Assembly (NCBI GenBank): GCA_021371875.1 | Contig: JAJFVH010000135.1 | Location: forward strand, 10,282 to 74,281 | Length of the DNA: 64,000 nucleotides | Source of the DNA: Bacteroidales bacterium | GTDB lineage: Bacteria > Bacteroidota > Bacteroidia > Bacteroidales > Paludibacteraceae | Direction: 5' to 3' | Shown here: positions 18,289 to 29,325 of the stretch, one piece after another | How the letters are laid out: each line of letters opens with the position of its first letter | How positions within the stretch are numbered: the stretch's first letter is position 1 | The notes under the pieces: model-generated | Told to the model about the DNA's origin: nothing | The model's input: the letters and a program-made list of their open reading frames with translations, nothing else | Database searches by the model: none | Program-made: the position numbers and the translations under genes

Positions 18289-21200
18289 ATGAAAAAAATA
18301 CTGTTGCTTTTCATGCTCTTTTTGTCGGTTTCTTTGTCGGCAAAAAATTACGATATAGGAAATCTGACGAATAGTGACGGGCTTTCAAATAGCTCCATTA
18401 ATACCATTTATCAAGACTCCAACGGATTGATGTGGTTTGGCTCGTGGGATGGATTAAATGTTTACAATGGACGAGAATTCAAGGTTTTTAAACCCGATCC
18501 CGGGAATTCGCAGAGCATAAGCAACAATATTATCCGTGACATTATTGAAGAACAAAAAAATATTCAATGGATTGCTACCGATTTGGGGATTAACCGGCTG
18601 AATATGCAAAAAAAAACTTTTGAGCGTTTCTTTACAGATACCCCCACTCAATCCGTTTACAACGAACATTCATTTTTAATCGCCAAAAACAGTTCAAACC
18701 GTATCTTTGCTGCCATTTACGGACAGGGAGTATTTTTCTTTCACGAAAAAAAACATCAGTTTGTCCAACTGAATACAGCTAAAAATTTTAAAATAAAGAA
18801 AATATTCTTTGACCTCGATGACAATCTTTGGTTATTTACTGAAGAAAAAACCTTGTTTAAAATCGTTTTCAAAAAAGGAAATGCTGAACTTGCTAAAGTT
18901 GAAAATATAGTGTGTTTTCAACATTTGACGAATATCGAATCCGTTTTTTATGATAAGCACAACGAAATCTGGCTTCAAACTCCCGACGGGAAAATATTTT
19001 CGTATAACATTTCAGAAGGAGTATTGAAAAATTATTCATTCAAAACTCCAAAAACCGGTATAATACGGGCTATAGCTTTTATGGATGGTTTTCAGCTTTG
19101 GGGAACAGGCAGTGGATTATTCCGGTTCGATTTGAAGACACAACAGGTTGAATCTGTTTTGCCATACATATCAGTTCTGTCACTTTATTCAGGTTCGCAG
19201 CAAATCGTGTGGGTAGGCACCGACATGCAAGGTGTATGGCAATTATCGCCATCGCGTGAAAATTTTCATGCTTATTCTGCGGAAAATATTAGTTCTTTCG
19301 GACAAAGCGCTGTCCGTACTTTTTTCGAAGATAAGAACGGTTTGCTTTGGGTGGGAACAAAAGGAAGCGGTATCTATACTTTTAATTCTGTTGGCGATAA
19401 GAGAGAGTTGGCCACAGGTCAAAACTTAACTATAGCCGACGGATTGTTAAGCAATTCGGTTTTTACCATCAGTCAGGGACAAGGAAACGAATACTGGATT
19501 GGAACGGATGGGCGTGGCATCAATTACTACGATACACAATCAAAAAAGATTCACACATTATTCGTGAACGATAGTTCGCAACGAAAGGTAAATCTCTCGT
19601 CGGTCTATTCCATTTTACCGACCGAACAAAACATTCTTTGGGTAGGAACAAGTGGTTACGGAATGTATAAACTGGAAATCGACCGCAGTACTAAACCATA
19701 TTCTATTAAAACCTTCAAACAATACATATTTCGGAGCGACCAACCTTCGTCGCTCAGTAATAATATTGTTTATTCCATCATCAGGGACGATGCCAGCTAT
19801 CTGTGGATTGCAACACGTGGAGGCGGACTGAACCGCTTCGATATGCGCACGGAACAATTTCAGACTTTTCGTTTCTCCGTCGATAATCAGGAATTTATCA
19901 GCAGTGACGATGTGCTTTGCCTGTACAAAGACAAGCATGGTTTTTTGTGGGCGGGAACCAGCATGGGCCTGAATAAACTGCTGAGATTTGAAAAAGGGAA
20001 ACCTGTTTTTGTCCGCTTCACCGAAAAAGAAGGAATGCCCAATAATACCATTCATGGCATACTGGAAGATAAGGAACATAATCTCTGGCTAAGTACCAAC
20101 AAGGGTATTGCGAAACTGATACATGATAAAAAAAAGTACCGGATCGTATCTTACTTCAAAAAGGATGGGTTGCAAAACAATGAATTTTCTGACGGAGCTT
20201 TTTATCTAAGTCCTTATTCGCAGAAATTTTATTTTGGAGGAATAAGTGGCTTCAACGTGTTTAATCCGCTCGAAATTACACACAGCAGCTATATGCCGTC
20301 GCTGTTGCTCGATGCTTTTTATGTGGATAATACAGAGACCAATCTTTCGGATTATTTAACTCCCGGTGATAAAAACGAGAAGCTTGTTTTATCGTACAAA
20401 AACAAATCCTTCAGTTTCCGTTTTATTCCGCTCGATTATTTGTCCGGGTCGAAATGCGAAATTTCATATTTACTCGAAGGTTATCAGAAAGACTGGATAC
20501 AGCTTGGAACTTCGAATACCATCGTATTTACCAATTTACCCAAAGGCGATTACGTATTAAAAGTACGATGCAGTAACGCTGATAAAATTTGGAGCGAACA
20601 ATATTTTTTAATGCCCATCAGAATGCAGCCTCCCTGGTGGGCAAGTAACATCGCTTTTATCTGTTATTTCATTTTGTTCGCATTAATATTGTTCGGCATA
20701 CAGCGTTTTCTGAACTATCAGTTTACCATACGGAATAACATACGAATGAAAGAACTCGAAAAACAGAAAATGGAAGAAATTCATCAGGCTAAATTACGTT
20801 TTTTCACCAATATTGCCCATGAGTTTTCGAACTCGCTCACACTAATTTACGGGCCATGTGAACAATTACTCAGAACGTATGCTACTGATAATTTTATGCG
20901 AAAGTACATCAACATTATCAAATCCAATTCCGAGCGCATGCAAACGCTTATTCAACAACTGATCGATTTCCGTAAAGCTGAAACAGGTCATCTGCGATTG
21001 GAAATTGAACGGGTGGACATTCCTGAATTGGTGAAATTTGTAATGGATAACTTTCTCGATGTGCTGGAACAAAAAAGGGTTAATTTTAAACTTTCATTTA
21101 TGCCTGAGAATATTGTTTGGCAGACCGATCGAGACAGTATCGAAAAAATTGTATTTAATCTCATTTCGAATGCCGTTAAATATACTCCACAGGATGAAAA

Positions 21201-22365
21201 CATAGAAGTGCTGGTTGAAATTGTGAATAATCTACTATTCATAAAGGTAACCAATACCGGTGTAGGTATAAAATCAGCCTACAGGGAAAGTATTTTCGAT
21301 CGGTTCGAAGTGTTGGATAGATTCGAGAAACAAGTTTCCAAAGGATTGGAGACCCGCAATGGGATCGGGTTGGCTTTGTGTAAAAACATTGTGGAAGTTT
21401 TGCAGGGAAGTATTGACGTGGAGAGCGATGGGGAAACGTTTACCTCGTTTGTAGTCAGCCTGCCCGAACAGGAGTTGGATGAATCCGTTAGTCAGAACAA
21501 CAATGAATCGTCGGTTATTAAAAACCAGAAAATGAAAATAACCGAAACCATTTCTGCCGAGAAAAAAGATCGGATTTTAATCCCTGATAATGAAAAAGAA
21601 GGATTAATTCTGATTATTGACGACGACAAGGAGATTCGACAATTGCTGAATGATTTTTTAAGCGACAGATACGAGATTGCAGAGGCTGCCAATGGACAGG
21701 AAGCTATCGAAGTAATGAAACTACGCATACCACTTATCATTGTTTCGGACATTATTATGCCCGTAATGAACGGTGTTGAGTTTGTGAAAATCATGAAGGA
21801 GCAGGAACTTACACGACACATTCCGATTATTTTATTATCGTCGAAAAGTTCCATCGAAAGTCAGATTGAAGGACTTGAAGTAGGAGCTGATGCTTACTTG
21901 AGTAAGCCGTTTCATCCGCGACATCTTGACGCCATCATCGAAAGTTTACTACATCGCAACAAAGCAGTACTCGATTACAACGAGTCGCCTTACTTCGCGG
22001 TTGATCAGTTGGAAGGTAAACTGGTTCGGAAAGAAGACAAAGAATTGTTGGTGCGGATTACAACCATAATTTATGATCAAATCGATAATGAAGCACTTTC
22101 ACTCGAGTTTATTGCGAGTGAAACTGCCCTCAGCAAAATGCAACTTTACCGTAAAATAAAAGAAATCATGGGACAAACCCCGACGGAGTATATACGTTCC
22201 ATTCGGTTGAAACAGGCTGAAAAATTATTAAAAACAACTAATAAAACAGTTCTGGAAATTATGTACGCATGCGGTTTCAATAATAAGGCTTATTTTTATC
22301 GTGAGTTTGCCAAGAAATATCATTTAACTCCGAAAGAATACCGCAATCAGAAAATAGTTCAATAA
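18289..22365 (+). CDS. hybrid two-component system sensor/regulator (beta-propellers, Y_Y_Y, HisKA, HATPase, REC, AraC HTH)
   Basis: GLSNSSI/WFGSWDGL propeller repeats, PPWW + TM, FFTNIAHEF, NLISNAVKYT, SDIIMP, CGFNNKAYFYREF; start at MKKILL (18289). Confidence 0.95.
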   Translation: MKKILLLFMLFLSVSLSAKNYDIGNLTNSDGLSNSSINTIYQDSNGLMWFGSWDGLNVYNGREFKVFKPDPGNSQSISNNIIRDIIEEQKNIQWIATDLGINRLNMQKKTFERFFTDTPTQSVYNEHSFLIAKNSSNRIFAAIYGQGVFFFHEKKHQFVQLNTAKNFKIKKIFFDLDDNLWLFTEEKTLFKIVFKKGNAELAKVENIVCFQHLTNIESVFYDKHNEIWLQTPDGKIFSYNISEGVLKNYSFKTPKTGIIRAIAFMDGFQLWGTGSGLFRFDLKTQQVESVLPYISVLSLYSGSQQIVWVGTDMQGVWQLSPSRENFHAYSAENISSFGQSAVRTFFEDKNGLLWVGTKGSGIYTFNSVGDKRELATGQNLTIADGLLSNSVFTISQGQGNEYWIGTDGRGINYYDTQSKKIHTLFVNDSSQRKVNLSSVYSILPTEQNILWVGTSGYGMYKLEIDRSTKPYSIKTFKQYIFRSDQPSSLSNNIVYSIIRDDASYLWIATRGGGLNRFDMRTEQFQTFRFSVDNQEFISSDDVLCLYKDKHGFLWAGTSMGLNKLLRFEKGKPVFVRFTEKEGMPNNTIHGILEDKEHNLWLSTNKGIAKLIHDKKKYRIVSYFKKDGLQNNEFSDGAFYLSPYSQKFYFGGISGFNVFNPLEITHSSYMPSLLLDAFYVDNTETNLSDYLTPGDKNEKLVLSYKNKSFSFRFIPLDYLSGSKCEISYLLEGYQKDWIQLGTSNTIVFTNLPKGDYVLKVRCSNADKIWSEQYFLMPIRMQPPWWASNIAFICYFILFALILFGIQRFLNYQFTIRNNIRMKELEKQKMEEIHQAKLRFFTNIAHEFSNSLTLIYGPCEQLLRTYATDNFMRKYINIIKSNSERMQTLIQQLIDFRKAETGHLRLEIERVDIPELVKFVMDNFLDVLEQKRVNFKLSFMPENIVWQTDRDSIEKIVFNLISNAVKYTPQDENIEVLVEIVNNLLFIKVTNTGVGIKSAYRESIFDRFEVLDRFEKQVSKGLETRNGIGLALCKNIVEVLQGSIDVESDGETFTSFVVSLPEQELDESVSQNNNESSVIKNQKMKITETISAEKKDRILIPDNEKEGLILIIDDDKEIRQLLNDFLSDRYEIAEAANGQEAIEVMKLRIPLIIVSDIIMPVMNGVEFVKIMKEQELTRHIPIILLSSKSSIESQIEGLEVGADAYLSKPFHPRHLDAIIESLLHRNKAVLDYNESPYFAVDQLEGKLVRKEDKELLVRITTIIYDQIDNEALSLEFIASETALSKMQLYRKIKEIMGQTPTEYIRSIRLKQAEKLLKTTNKTVLEIMYACGFNNKAYFYREFAKKYHLTPKEYRNQKIVQ

Positions 22366-22509
22366 ATTTGCCCGGAGTCAAAACAAAAGAACCAAGACGC
22401 TAACAAATGAGTATTTATGTTGATAAAGTATCATCAATCCTGACAGACATTGGTTGGTAACTGCCAGCCCCCATAACGGTTTTTCTTATCATACACGGCA
22501 CTCCAAAAG

Positions 22510-22546
22510 AAAAAGCCTTACCGATATTTCATCAGTAAGGCTTTTC
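22510..22546. terminator. bidirectional terminator between HTCS and secDF
   Basis: AAAAGCCTTACCGAT-ATTTC-ATCAGTAAGGCTTTT. Confidence 0.75.
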
Positions 22547-22573
22547 AGGGCTTTTATAAAACGAATCTAAGAA

Positions 22574-25500
22574 TTATTTTTTTGCAGGAACAACTTTTTC
22601 TGCTTTAAGCTCTTTTTTCTTGTTTTTCTTAATCACTAAATCATGAGCAAGAGGTACCGCAACAAACAGCGTTGAGTAAATTCCTAAAACAGTGCCAATC
22701 AACAAGGCAAAAATAAATCCGCGAATGGTTTCACCACCCCAAATAAAGATGGCCAACAATACTACAAATACACTCATCGATGTGCTAAATGTACGGCTCA
22801 GGGTTTCGTTCAACGATTCATTCATGATGTCCTCTCTTTTTCGTTTCGGATACAAGCCCACGTTTTCGCGGATACGGTCGAATATGACGACCGTATCGTT
22901 CACCGAGAACCCGACATAAGTCAGGATGGCCGCTATAAACGATTGATCCATTTCCATTGAGAATGGCATAATACTGTATAAAAGCGAATAAGCGCCCATG
23001 ATGATAATCACATCGTGGAAAAGTGACGCCAAGGCGCCGATGGAGAAAGCAATGTCGCTGAAACGGATAAGAATATACAATGCAATACAAAATAAAGCAA
23101 TAATAACCGCCCAGATAGCGCTGGTTCTAATATCGTCGGCAATGGTAGGTCCCACTTTTTGCGAACTCTTGATATAATCCTTTACAAAGGCTTCTTCTGT
23201 TACTGTGTTTTTCAACAGGGGCTTTAATCCTGTATAAAGTTTTCCTTCAATTTCGCCGCCTACAGTTTCAGAATTATCATCGATTTTATATTTTGTCGAA
23301 ATACGAACCTGATTTTCATTACCAATACTGATTACCGAAACGCTTGAACCTTCAAACTGTCCTTCAAGCATGTTGCGGACATCATCCGGTTTCACCGGTT
23401 CATCAAAACGTACTATATAGTTGCGTCCGCCGCTAAAGTCAATACCGTAGCTTAATCCGCGCGTTGCTAATGAACCTAAACTTATTACAATCGCAATACC
23501 CGAAACGATATACCATGTTTTTCGTTTTCCGATAAAATCAATTTTAGTGTTCTGGAACCAGGTTTCTGTTGCTTTTGTAGTAAAAGGTAATTCTTTCGCT
23601 TTTTCTCTATTGGCATACATTTCCAACATCATACGCGTTAAGAATACCGAAGTGATGAACGAAGTAATGATACCAATAATCAAGGTGGTAGCAAATCCGA
23701 GAATCGGTCCCGTCCCAAATACAGCTAAAACAATACCTGCAATCAATGTGGTAACGTTGGCATCGATAATGGCTGAAATAGCATTGTTAAAGCCATCCTG
23801 AATGGCTCTTTTCATGGTTTTACCTTTGATCAGCTCCTCCCTGATACGCTCATAAATCAACACGTTTCCATCCACCGCCATACCCAAGGTAAGCACGATA
23901 CCCGCTATACCTGGAAGCGTGAGTACCGCCTGGAAGGATGCTAAAATACCCATCAGGAAGAATACGTTGACAAATAATGCAATGTCGGCAATCAATCCGG
24001 GAATCCGTCCATAGTACATAATCATATAGGCCAGTACAAAGATAAAGGCGATGACAAACGACCATAAACCGTTGGTGATAGCTTCCTGCCCTAGCGAAGG
24101 ACCTACAACATCTTCCTGTATAATACGTGCAGGCGCAGGCATTTTACCCGAGTTCAGCGTATTGGCCAAGTCCTTGGCTTCCTCTACGGTAAAGTTACCG
24201 GTAATTTGTGAGTTCCCACCGGTGATTTCACCGTTTACGGTTGGGAATGAATAGATATAACCATCCAAGGCAATAGCGATTGATTTGCCTATATTTTCTT
24301 TGGTCATACGAGCCCATGTTTTCGAGCCTTCCTGATCCATGCTCATGCTTACATTGGCGTAAGCCGAGGTTTGACTAAAGTCGGCACGCGCATCGGTAAT
24401 TACATCGCCGGCAAGTGGCGCCCGTTTTTCACGGTTAGTATATCTGATGGCAATTAACTGGAAGATTTCATCTCTGTTGTCAATGGCTTTTACAGTCCAG
24501 CGAAGTCCTAAATCGGGGGGAAGGACATCTTTTACCTGTTTCATGGCAAAATACTCGTTGATCTTGGCTGTGTCTTTACTGTGAGCCATACCTACAACTG
24601 GGCCGCGACTTACCTGACCGCCACTAACTGGAAGTTGCAAAATAGAGATTAACGGGTTTTCTTTGATCCATTCTTGTTGCATTTTGGTCGAATCGGTTTT
24701 CGATTCGACTTTTTTACCTAACGCCGCTTTCAGGCTGTCAATGTTCGATTTTGGTTTTACCGGAGTTTCGGTTGCTGTTGTTGCAGCAATCTGAGTGGTA
24801 TCCGCTTGTACTCCAGTGCTTGTACTTGCCAGATTCATTTCACCCAACACGCGGTTAGCTTCGCTTATGTTATTGATAATTTCCGAAAGTTCATAAGTTT
24901 CCCAAAATTCAAGATTAGCCGAACCTTGCAATAATTTACGAACACGCTCAGGTTCTTTGATGCCCGGAAGTTCAATCAGGATACGGCCTGTATTGTTGTT
25001 ATCCCTCTGTATATTTGGTTGCACTACGCCAAAGCGGTCGATACGGGTACGCAATACGTTGAATGAATTGCTGATGGCTCCATCAATTTGGTTTCTCAAT
25101 ACTTTCACAACATCTTCGTTTGATGTGTTTAGTGAAATTTTATCTTTCAACTCGAAAGTGCTGAAAACCGTCGATAGTTTTGCATTGGGGTCTAACTCTT
25201 TGTATGCTTCTACAAACAAATCAAGATATTGTTTCTGGCTGTTGGTCTTCTGGCGTTCAGAAGCAATACTTAATGCCTGGTTAAAATTAGGCGTCGTGTT
25301 GTAACCTGATAACGAGCGAATCACATCGGGTACCGAAACTTCGAGTGTTACATTCATACCGCCTTTGAGGTCGAGTCCAAGGTTGATTTCCTTTTCGCGG
25401 CATTCTTTCAATGTGTAACCCAACCACACTTTCTCATTAGCTACAGAGTCCAGATATAGGTACTCTTTCATTTTGTCCCCTGCTGCGTAGTCTTTCGCTT

Positions 25501-25600
25501 TTTTATTATAGGTACCGGTAACAACAGTAAAGGACAGGTAAAACAAACACACCAAAGTGAGTGCTACTGCAAAAATCTTGATAAGTCCTTTGTTTTGCAT
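22574..25600 (-). CDS. secDF: protein translocase subunit SecDF (fused)
   Basis: LGLDLKGG, RIDRFGV, VGPSLG, GMAVDGNVLIYERIREE, GIDFSGG, NDTVVIFDRIRE. Confidence 0.97.
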   Translation of the reverse strand: MQNKGLIKIFAVALTLVCLFYLSFTVVTGTYNKKAKDYAAGDKMKEYLYLDSVANEKVWLGYTLKECREKEINLGLDLKGGMNVTLEVSVPDVIRSLSGYNTTPNFNQALSIASERQKTNSQKQYLDLFVEAYKELDPNAKLSTVFSTFELKDKISLNTSNEDVVKVLRNQIDGAISNSFNVLRTRIDRFGVVQPNIQRDNNNTGRILIELPGIKEPERVRKLLQGSANLEFWETYELSEIINNISEANRVLGEMNLASTSTGVQADTTQIAATTATETPVKPKSNIDSLKAALGKKVESKTDSTKMQQEWIKENPLISILQLPVSGGQVSRGPVVGMAHSKDTAKINEYFAMKQVKDVLPPDLGLRWTVKAIDNRDEIFQLIAIRYTNREKRAPLAGDVITDARADFSQTSAYANVSMSMDQEGSKTWARMTKENIGKSIAIALDGYIYSFPTVNGEITGGNSQITGNFTVEEAKDLANTLNSGKMPAPARIIQEDVVGPSLGQEAITNGLWSFVIAFIFVLAYMIMYYGRIPGLIADIALFVNVFFLMGILASFQAVLTLPGIAGIVLTLGMAVDGNVLIYERIREELIKGKTMKRAIQDGFNNAISAIIDANVTTLIAGIVLAVFGTGPILGFATTLIIGIITSFITSVFLTRMMLEMYANREKAKELPFTTKATETWFQNTKIDFIGKRKTWYIVSGIAIVISLGSLATRGLSYGIDFSGGRNYIVRFDEPVKPDDVRNMLEGQFEGSSVSVISIGNENQVRISTKYKIDDNSETVGGEIEGKLYTGLKPLLKNTVTEEAFVKDYIKSSQKVGPTIADDIRTSAIWAVIIALFCIALYILIRFSDIAFSIGALASLFHDVIIIMGAYSLLYSIMPFSMEMDQSFIAAILTYVGFSVNDTVVIFDRIRENVGLYPKRKREDIMNESLNETLSRTFSTSMSVFVVLLAIFIWGGETIRGFIFALLIGTVLGIYSTLFVAVPLAHDLVIKKNKKKELKAEKVVPAKK

Positions 25601-25656
25601 GGAAAATTTTATTTAAAGATAAAACATTAATTATTTCAATTTTTTCAAACGAGGTG

Positions 25657-25664
25657 CAAATATA
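25657..25664 (-). promoter_or_regulatory. -7 box (TATATTTG) of secDF
   Basis: TAnnTTTG on the minus strand ~57 nt upstream of the start. Confidence 0.55.
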
Positions 25665-25761
25665 GCATTTTTTTTATTATAAACATAAAATTGAAAGAAA
25701 CAGAGTTTCAAATGAAAAGAAAAAATTTATTTATTTCAATCAGGTTTATTTGTATAAAAAA

Positions 25762-25783
25762 CACTCATGATTAATCATGAGTG
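25762..25783. repeat. perfect 22-bp palindrome (terminator-like or operator) downstream of the tRNA remnant
   Basis: CACTCATGATTAATCATGAGTG flanked by A and T tracts. Confidence 0.6.
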
Positions 25784-25795
25784 CATTTTTCTTTA

Positions 25796-25870
25796 TTGCG
25801 GAGGCTCAACTCGAACGAATGTCCTCCATTTGGCGGATATTGAGCAGAATGAACTAAGCCTTCTCCTAAA
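25796..25870 (-). pseudogene. degenerate tandem copy of tRNA-fMet
   Basis: 25796-25825 matches the tRNA 3' part 25950-25979 at 27/30; TGAGCAGAATGAACTA resembles TGAGCCCAACGAGCTA; anticodon region disrupted. Confidence 0.6.
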
Positions 25871-25909
25871 TGAAGAGGGAGTTACAAACTTTTGCAAACT
25901 TTCGAATTA

Positions 25910-25946
25910 AAAAAGAGAGGAAATGATTAAACTCACTTCCTCTCTT
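25910..25946 (-). terminator. terminator after tRNA-fMet
   Basis: AAGAGAGGAAATGA-TTAAAC-TCACTTCCTCTCTT hairpin, T-tract on the minus strand. Confidence 0.7.
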
Positions 25947-25949
25947 GTG

Positions 25950-26021
<72 letters not shown>

Positions 26022-26517
26022 ATATTTGTGGGTACAAAGATACTGTTTTTTTTGTACAATACAAATATATTCCTGTTATTTTTTTGTTTGCCAGCATACA
26101 TTGCCGGTTATACAATTAAACACGAATGCTTTAAGCAAATCAAATCATTCGTTCGTTGAGCGTCGATTAATCAGATGATAATGAAACGGATAATCATTTC
26201 AATAATAAACGAAAAATCTCTTCGATTCAAGAGTAGATTGACTTTTCGGAGCACACTCAAACTTCACATTCCCGATATTCGCGTTCACAATTTTATTCAT
26301 ACCCGTAAATGACTAAATGACGACCTTCCGTCGTTAAAAAAATCAAAATATATTTCAACGGTTCATCTTCTTAACCATAAGTTTTCTGACAAAATGCTGA
26401 ATTATAAGATATATGAATACTGGTTTGTCTTATAAAGAATTCTTTTGAATTTGTAATTATTTAAACTAAACAGTTGAATTTTTGTTTAATATCATACAAA
26501 TCAAAATTTTTATTTAA

Positions 26518-29187
26518 ATGAATTCAAATAAAATAATTCCAAAAGATATTGAAGAACTTGAAAATGAGGAGTGGTTTTACTCGCTTGACTATGTTTTACA
26601 ACAATGGGGACCGGATCGCGTCGTCGAACTGCTTCGACAGTTGCAAGTACGTGCCCACAAGGCAGGTGTTGAGTTGCCTTTTACGGCCAACACACCCTAC
26701 ATTAACACAATTTCGCGTGCCAAACAACCTCCTTACCCGGGAAATCGTGAAATTGAACGTCTGATAAAAAGTGTAATTCGCTGGAACGCCATGGCCATGG
26801 TTGTTAAAGCAAATAAAAATGAACACGGTATCGGTGGACATATCTCTACTTATGCCTCGGTGGCTACCCTGCTCGAAGTAGCTTTTAATCATTTTTTTAA
26901 AGGTAAAGGCGAAGGGCATGATGGCGATTTAATTTATTTCCAGGGACATGCTGCTCCGGGTATTTATGCGCGTGCTTTTCTCGAAGGCCGCCTGACAGCC
27001 GAACAATTGAAAAATTATCGTCGAGAATTAGATCCCCGTGGCGGACTTTCGTCTTATCCACATCCCTGGTTGATGCCTGATTTCTGGGAATTCCCGACTG
27101 TTTCGATGGGTTTAGGGCCGATTATGTCAATTTATCAGGCACGTTTCAACCGCTATCTCGAAGACCGTGGATTGAAAGTTACTTCGCATCAAAAAGTATG
27201 GGCTTTCCTTGGTGATGGCGAAACGGATGAGCCGGAAGCTTTGGGTGCAATTACCTTAGCTGCACGTGAAAAATTAGATAACCTGATATTTGTAATCAAC
27301 TGTAATTTACAACGACTCGATGGGCCGGTGCGTGGAAATGGAAAAATTGTGCAGGAGTTGGAAGCTGTTTTCAGAGGAGCCGGATGGAATGTGATTAAAG
27401 TGCTGTGGGGGGGCGAATGGGATGAAATGATTGAAAATGACAATAAGGGTAAACTCGTTAAACGTATGGGCGAAGTGGTTGATGGGCAGTCGCAGAAGTT
27501 CTCCATTGCTTCGGGCGATTATGTTCGTAAAGAGTTTTTTGGTACCGATCCCGAATTGCTTGAGATGGTAAGCCATTTGTCCGACGAACAAATAAGAAAG
27601 ATGAAACGTGGTGGTCACGATCCCGAAAAAGTATTTGCTGCCTACAATGCGGCAGTGCATCACAAAGGTCAACCTACCGTTATCCTTGCCAATACGATAA
27701 AAGGTTACGGTTTGGGTGAAAGCGGTGAAGGTAAAAATATTACCCATCAACAGAAAAAACTAAACGAAGATGAATTGAAAGAATTCAGAACGAGATTTGG
27801 TATTCCCATTTCGGACGATGATGTAGCCAAAGCGCCGTTTTATAAACTTCCTGAAGATTCGCCCGAGATGCAATATTTAAAAAAACGCAGGGAGGAACTT
27901 GGTGGTTATGTCCCCGAACGCAGAGTGGATGTACGTCCGATTAAAACCCCACCGGAAGAAGTTTTCAGCGAATTTTATTTAGGTTCGGAAGGCAGGGAAC
28001 TTTCTACGACCATGGCTTTCGTCAGAATATTATCGAAGCTATTAAAAGACAAAGAAATCGGCAAACTGATTGTGCCTATTGTCCCCGACGAGGCCCGTAC
28101 TTTTGGTATGGAAGCACTGTTTCGTCAATTAGGAATTTATTCGCATGTAGGCCAGTTGTATGAACCTGTTGATAAAGAGCTATTATTGTATTATAAAGAA
28201 GCGCAAAACGGTCAGATACTTGAAGAAGGTATAACCGAAGCCGGCGCCATGTCATCGTTTATCGGTGCGGGAACAGCCTATGCAACCCATGGGTTGAACA
28301 TGATGCCTTTCTTCGTATATTATTCCATGTTCGGTTTTCAGCGTATCGGGGATTTGGTTTGGGCTGCTGCCGATATGGCTGCCAAAGGTTTTTTGGTAGG
28401 GGGAACTGCCGGACGTACTACGCTTGCCGGTGAAGGTCTTCAGCATCAGGATGGCAACAGTCATTTACTGGCATATCCTGTCCCTAATCTGGTGACTTAC
28501 GATCCTGCTTTCGCTTATGAATTGGCGGTGATTATCCGCGATGGCATTCGTCGTATGTACGAAGAGCAGGAAAAGGTATTTTACTATATCACCATTATGA
28601 ATGAGAATTACGCTATGCCGGCAATGCCCGAAGGTGTGAAAGAAGGAATTCTCAAAGGAATGTATTGTTTCAAAAGCGGAAACAATAATTCATCCGGACT
28701 TGTAGCCAATCTGCTTGGTAGCGGAACCATTATGAACGAAGCGTTGAAAGCCGCAGAAATTCTTGAAGATAAGTATGGTATTTCGGCCAATGTTTACAGT
28801 GTAACAAGCTATAAAGAATTAAGACGCGAAGCTTTGGATGTGGAAAGGCACAATCTGCTTCATCCCGATAAAGAGAAAATTCCTTATGTTTCGACAGTGA
28901 TTGATAATCAGGGTGTGATTGTGGCAGCTTCAGATTATGTAAAAACATTGCCCGACTCAATTGCCAAATGGCTTCCTAACAGGTTACATTCATTAGGAAC
29001 TGATGGTTTTGGCCGCAGTGAAGGCCGCACCGGATTGCGTGACTTTTTCGAAATGGATGCCAAACATATTGTTGTTGCCGCTTTGTATGCCTTGTATAAA
29101 GATGGAAAATACAAGTTGTCCGATTTGAAAAAAGCGATGAAAGAACAAGATATTAATGTTGATAAGTTGAACCCAATGATTTCTTAA
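26518..29187 (+). CDS. aceE: pyruvate dehydrogenase E1, homodimeric (AceE type)
   Basis: GGHISTYAS, SSYPHP, FPTVSMGLGP, ThDP motif GDGETDE...NCNLQRLDGP, GEGLQHQDG. Confidence 0.95.
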   Translation: MNSNKIIPKDIEELENEEWFYSLDYVLQQWGPDRVVELLRQLQVRAHKAGVELPFTANTPYINTISRAKQPPYPGNREIERLIKSVIRWNAMAMVVKANKNEHGIGGHISTYASVATLLEVAFNHFFKGKGEGHDGDLIYFQGHAAPGIYARAFLEGRLTAEQLKNYRRELDPRGGLSSYPHPWLMPDFWEFPTVSMGLGPIMSIYQARFNRYLEDRGLKVTSHQKVWAFLGDGETDEPEALGAITLAAREKLDNLIFVINCNLQRLDGPVRGNGKIVQELEAVFRGAGWNVIKVLWGGEWDEMIENDNKGKLVKRMGEVVDGQSQKFSIASGDYVRKEFFGTDPELLEMVSHLSDEQIRKMKRGGHDPEKVFAAYNAAVHHKGQPTVILANTIKGYGLGESGEGKNITHQQKKLNEDELKEFRTRFGIPISDDDVAKAPFYKLPEDSPEMQYLKKRREELGGYVPERRVDVRPIKTPPEEVFSEFYLGSEGRELSTTMAFVRILSKLLKDKEIGKLIVPIVPDEARTFGMEALFRQLGIYSHVGQLYEPVDKELLLYYKEAQNGQILEEGITEAGAMSSFIGAGTAYATHGLNMMPFFVYYSMFGFQRIGDLVWAAADMAAKGFLVGGTAGRTTLAGEGLQHQDGNSHLLAYPVPNLVTYDPAFAYELAVIIRDGIRRMYEEQEKVFYYITIMNENYAMPAMPEGVKEGILKGMYCFKSGNNNSSGLVANLLGSGTIMNEALKAAEILEDKYGISANVYSVTSYKELRREALDVERHNLLHPDKEKIPYVSTVIDNQGVIVAASDYVKTLPDSIAKWLPNRLHSLGTDGFGRSEGRTGLRDFFEMDAKHIVVAALYALYKDGKYKLSDLKKAMKEQDINVDKLNPMIS

Positions 29188-29325
29188 TTGAAGTATTATT
29201 GAATGCAACTGAATCCGAGATTTATTCTTTTATATAAATGTCTGTATATAAGGTTTATAAATGTAATATTTGTGAAGATTTACGTTTGTTCGCGTCCTGC
29301 AATTAATTAAATAAAAATTCGACAA

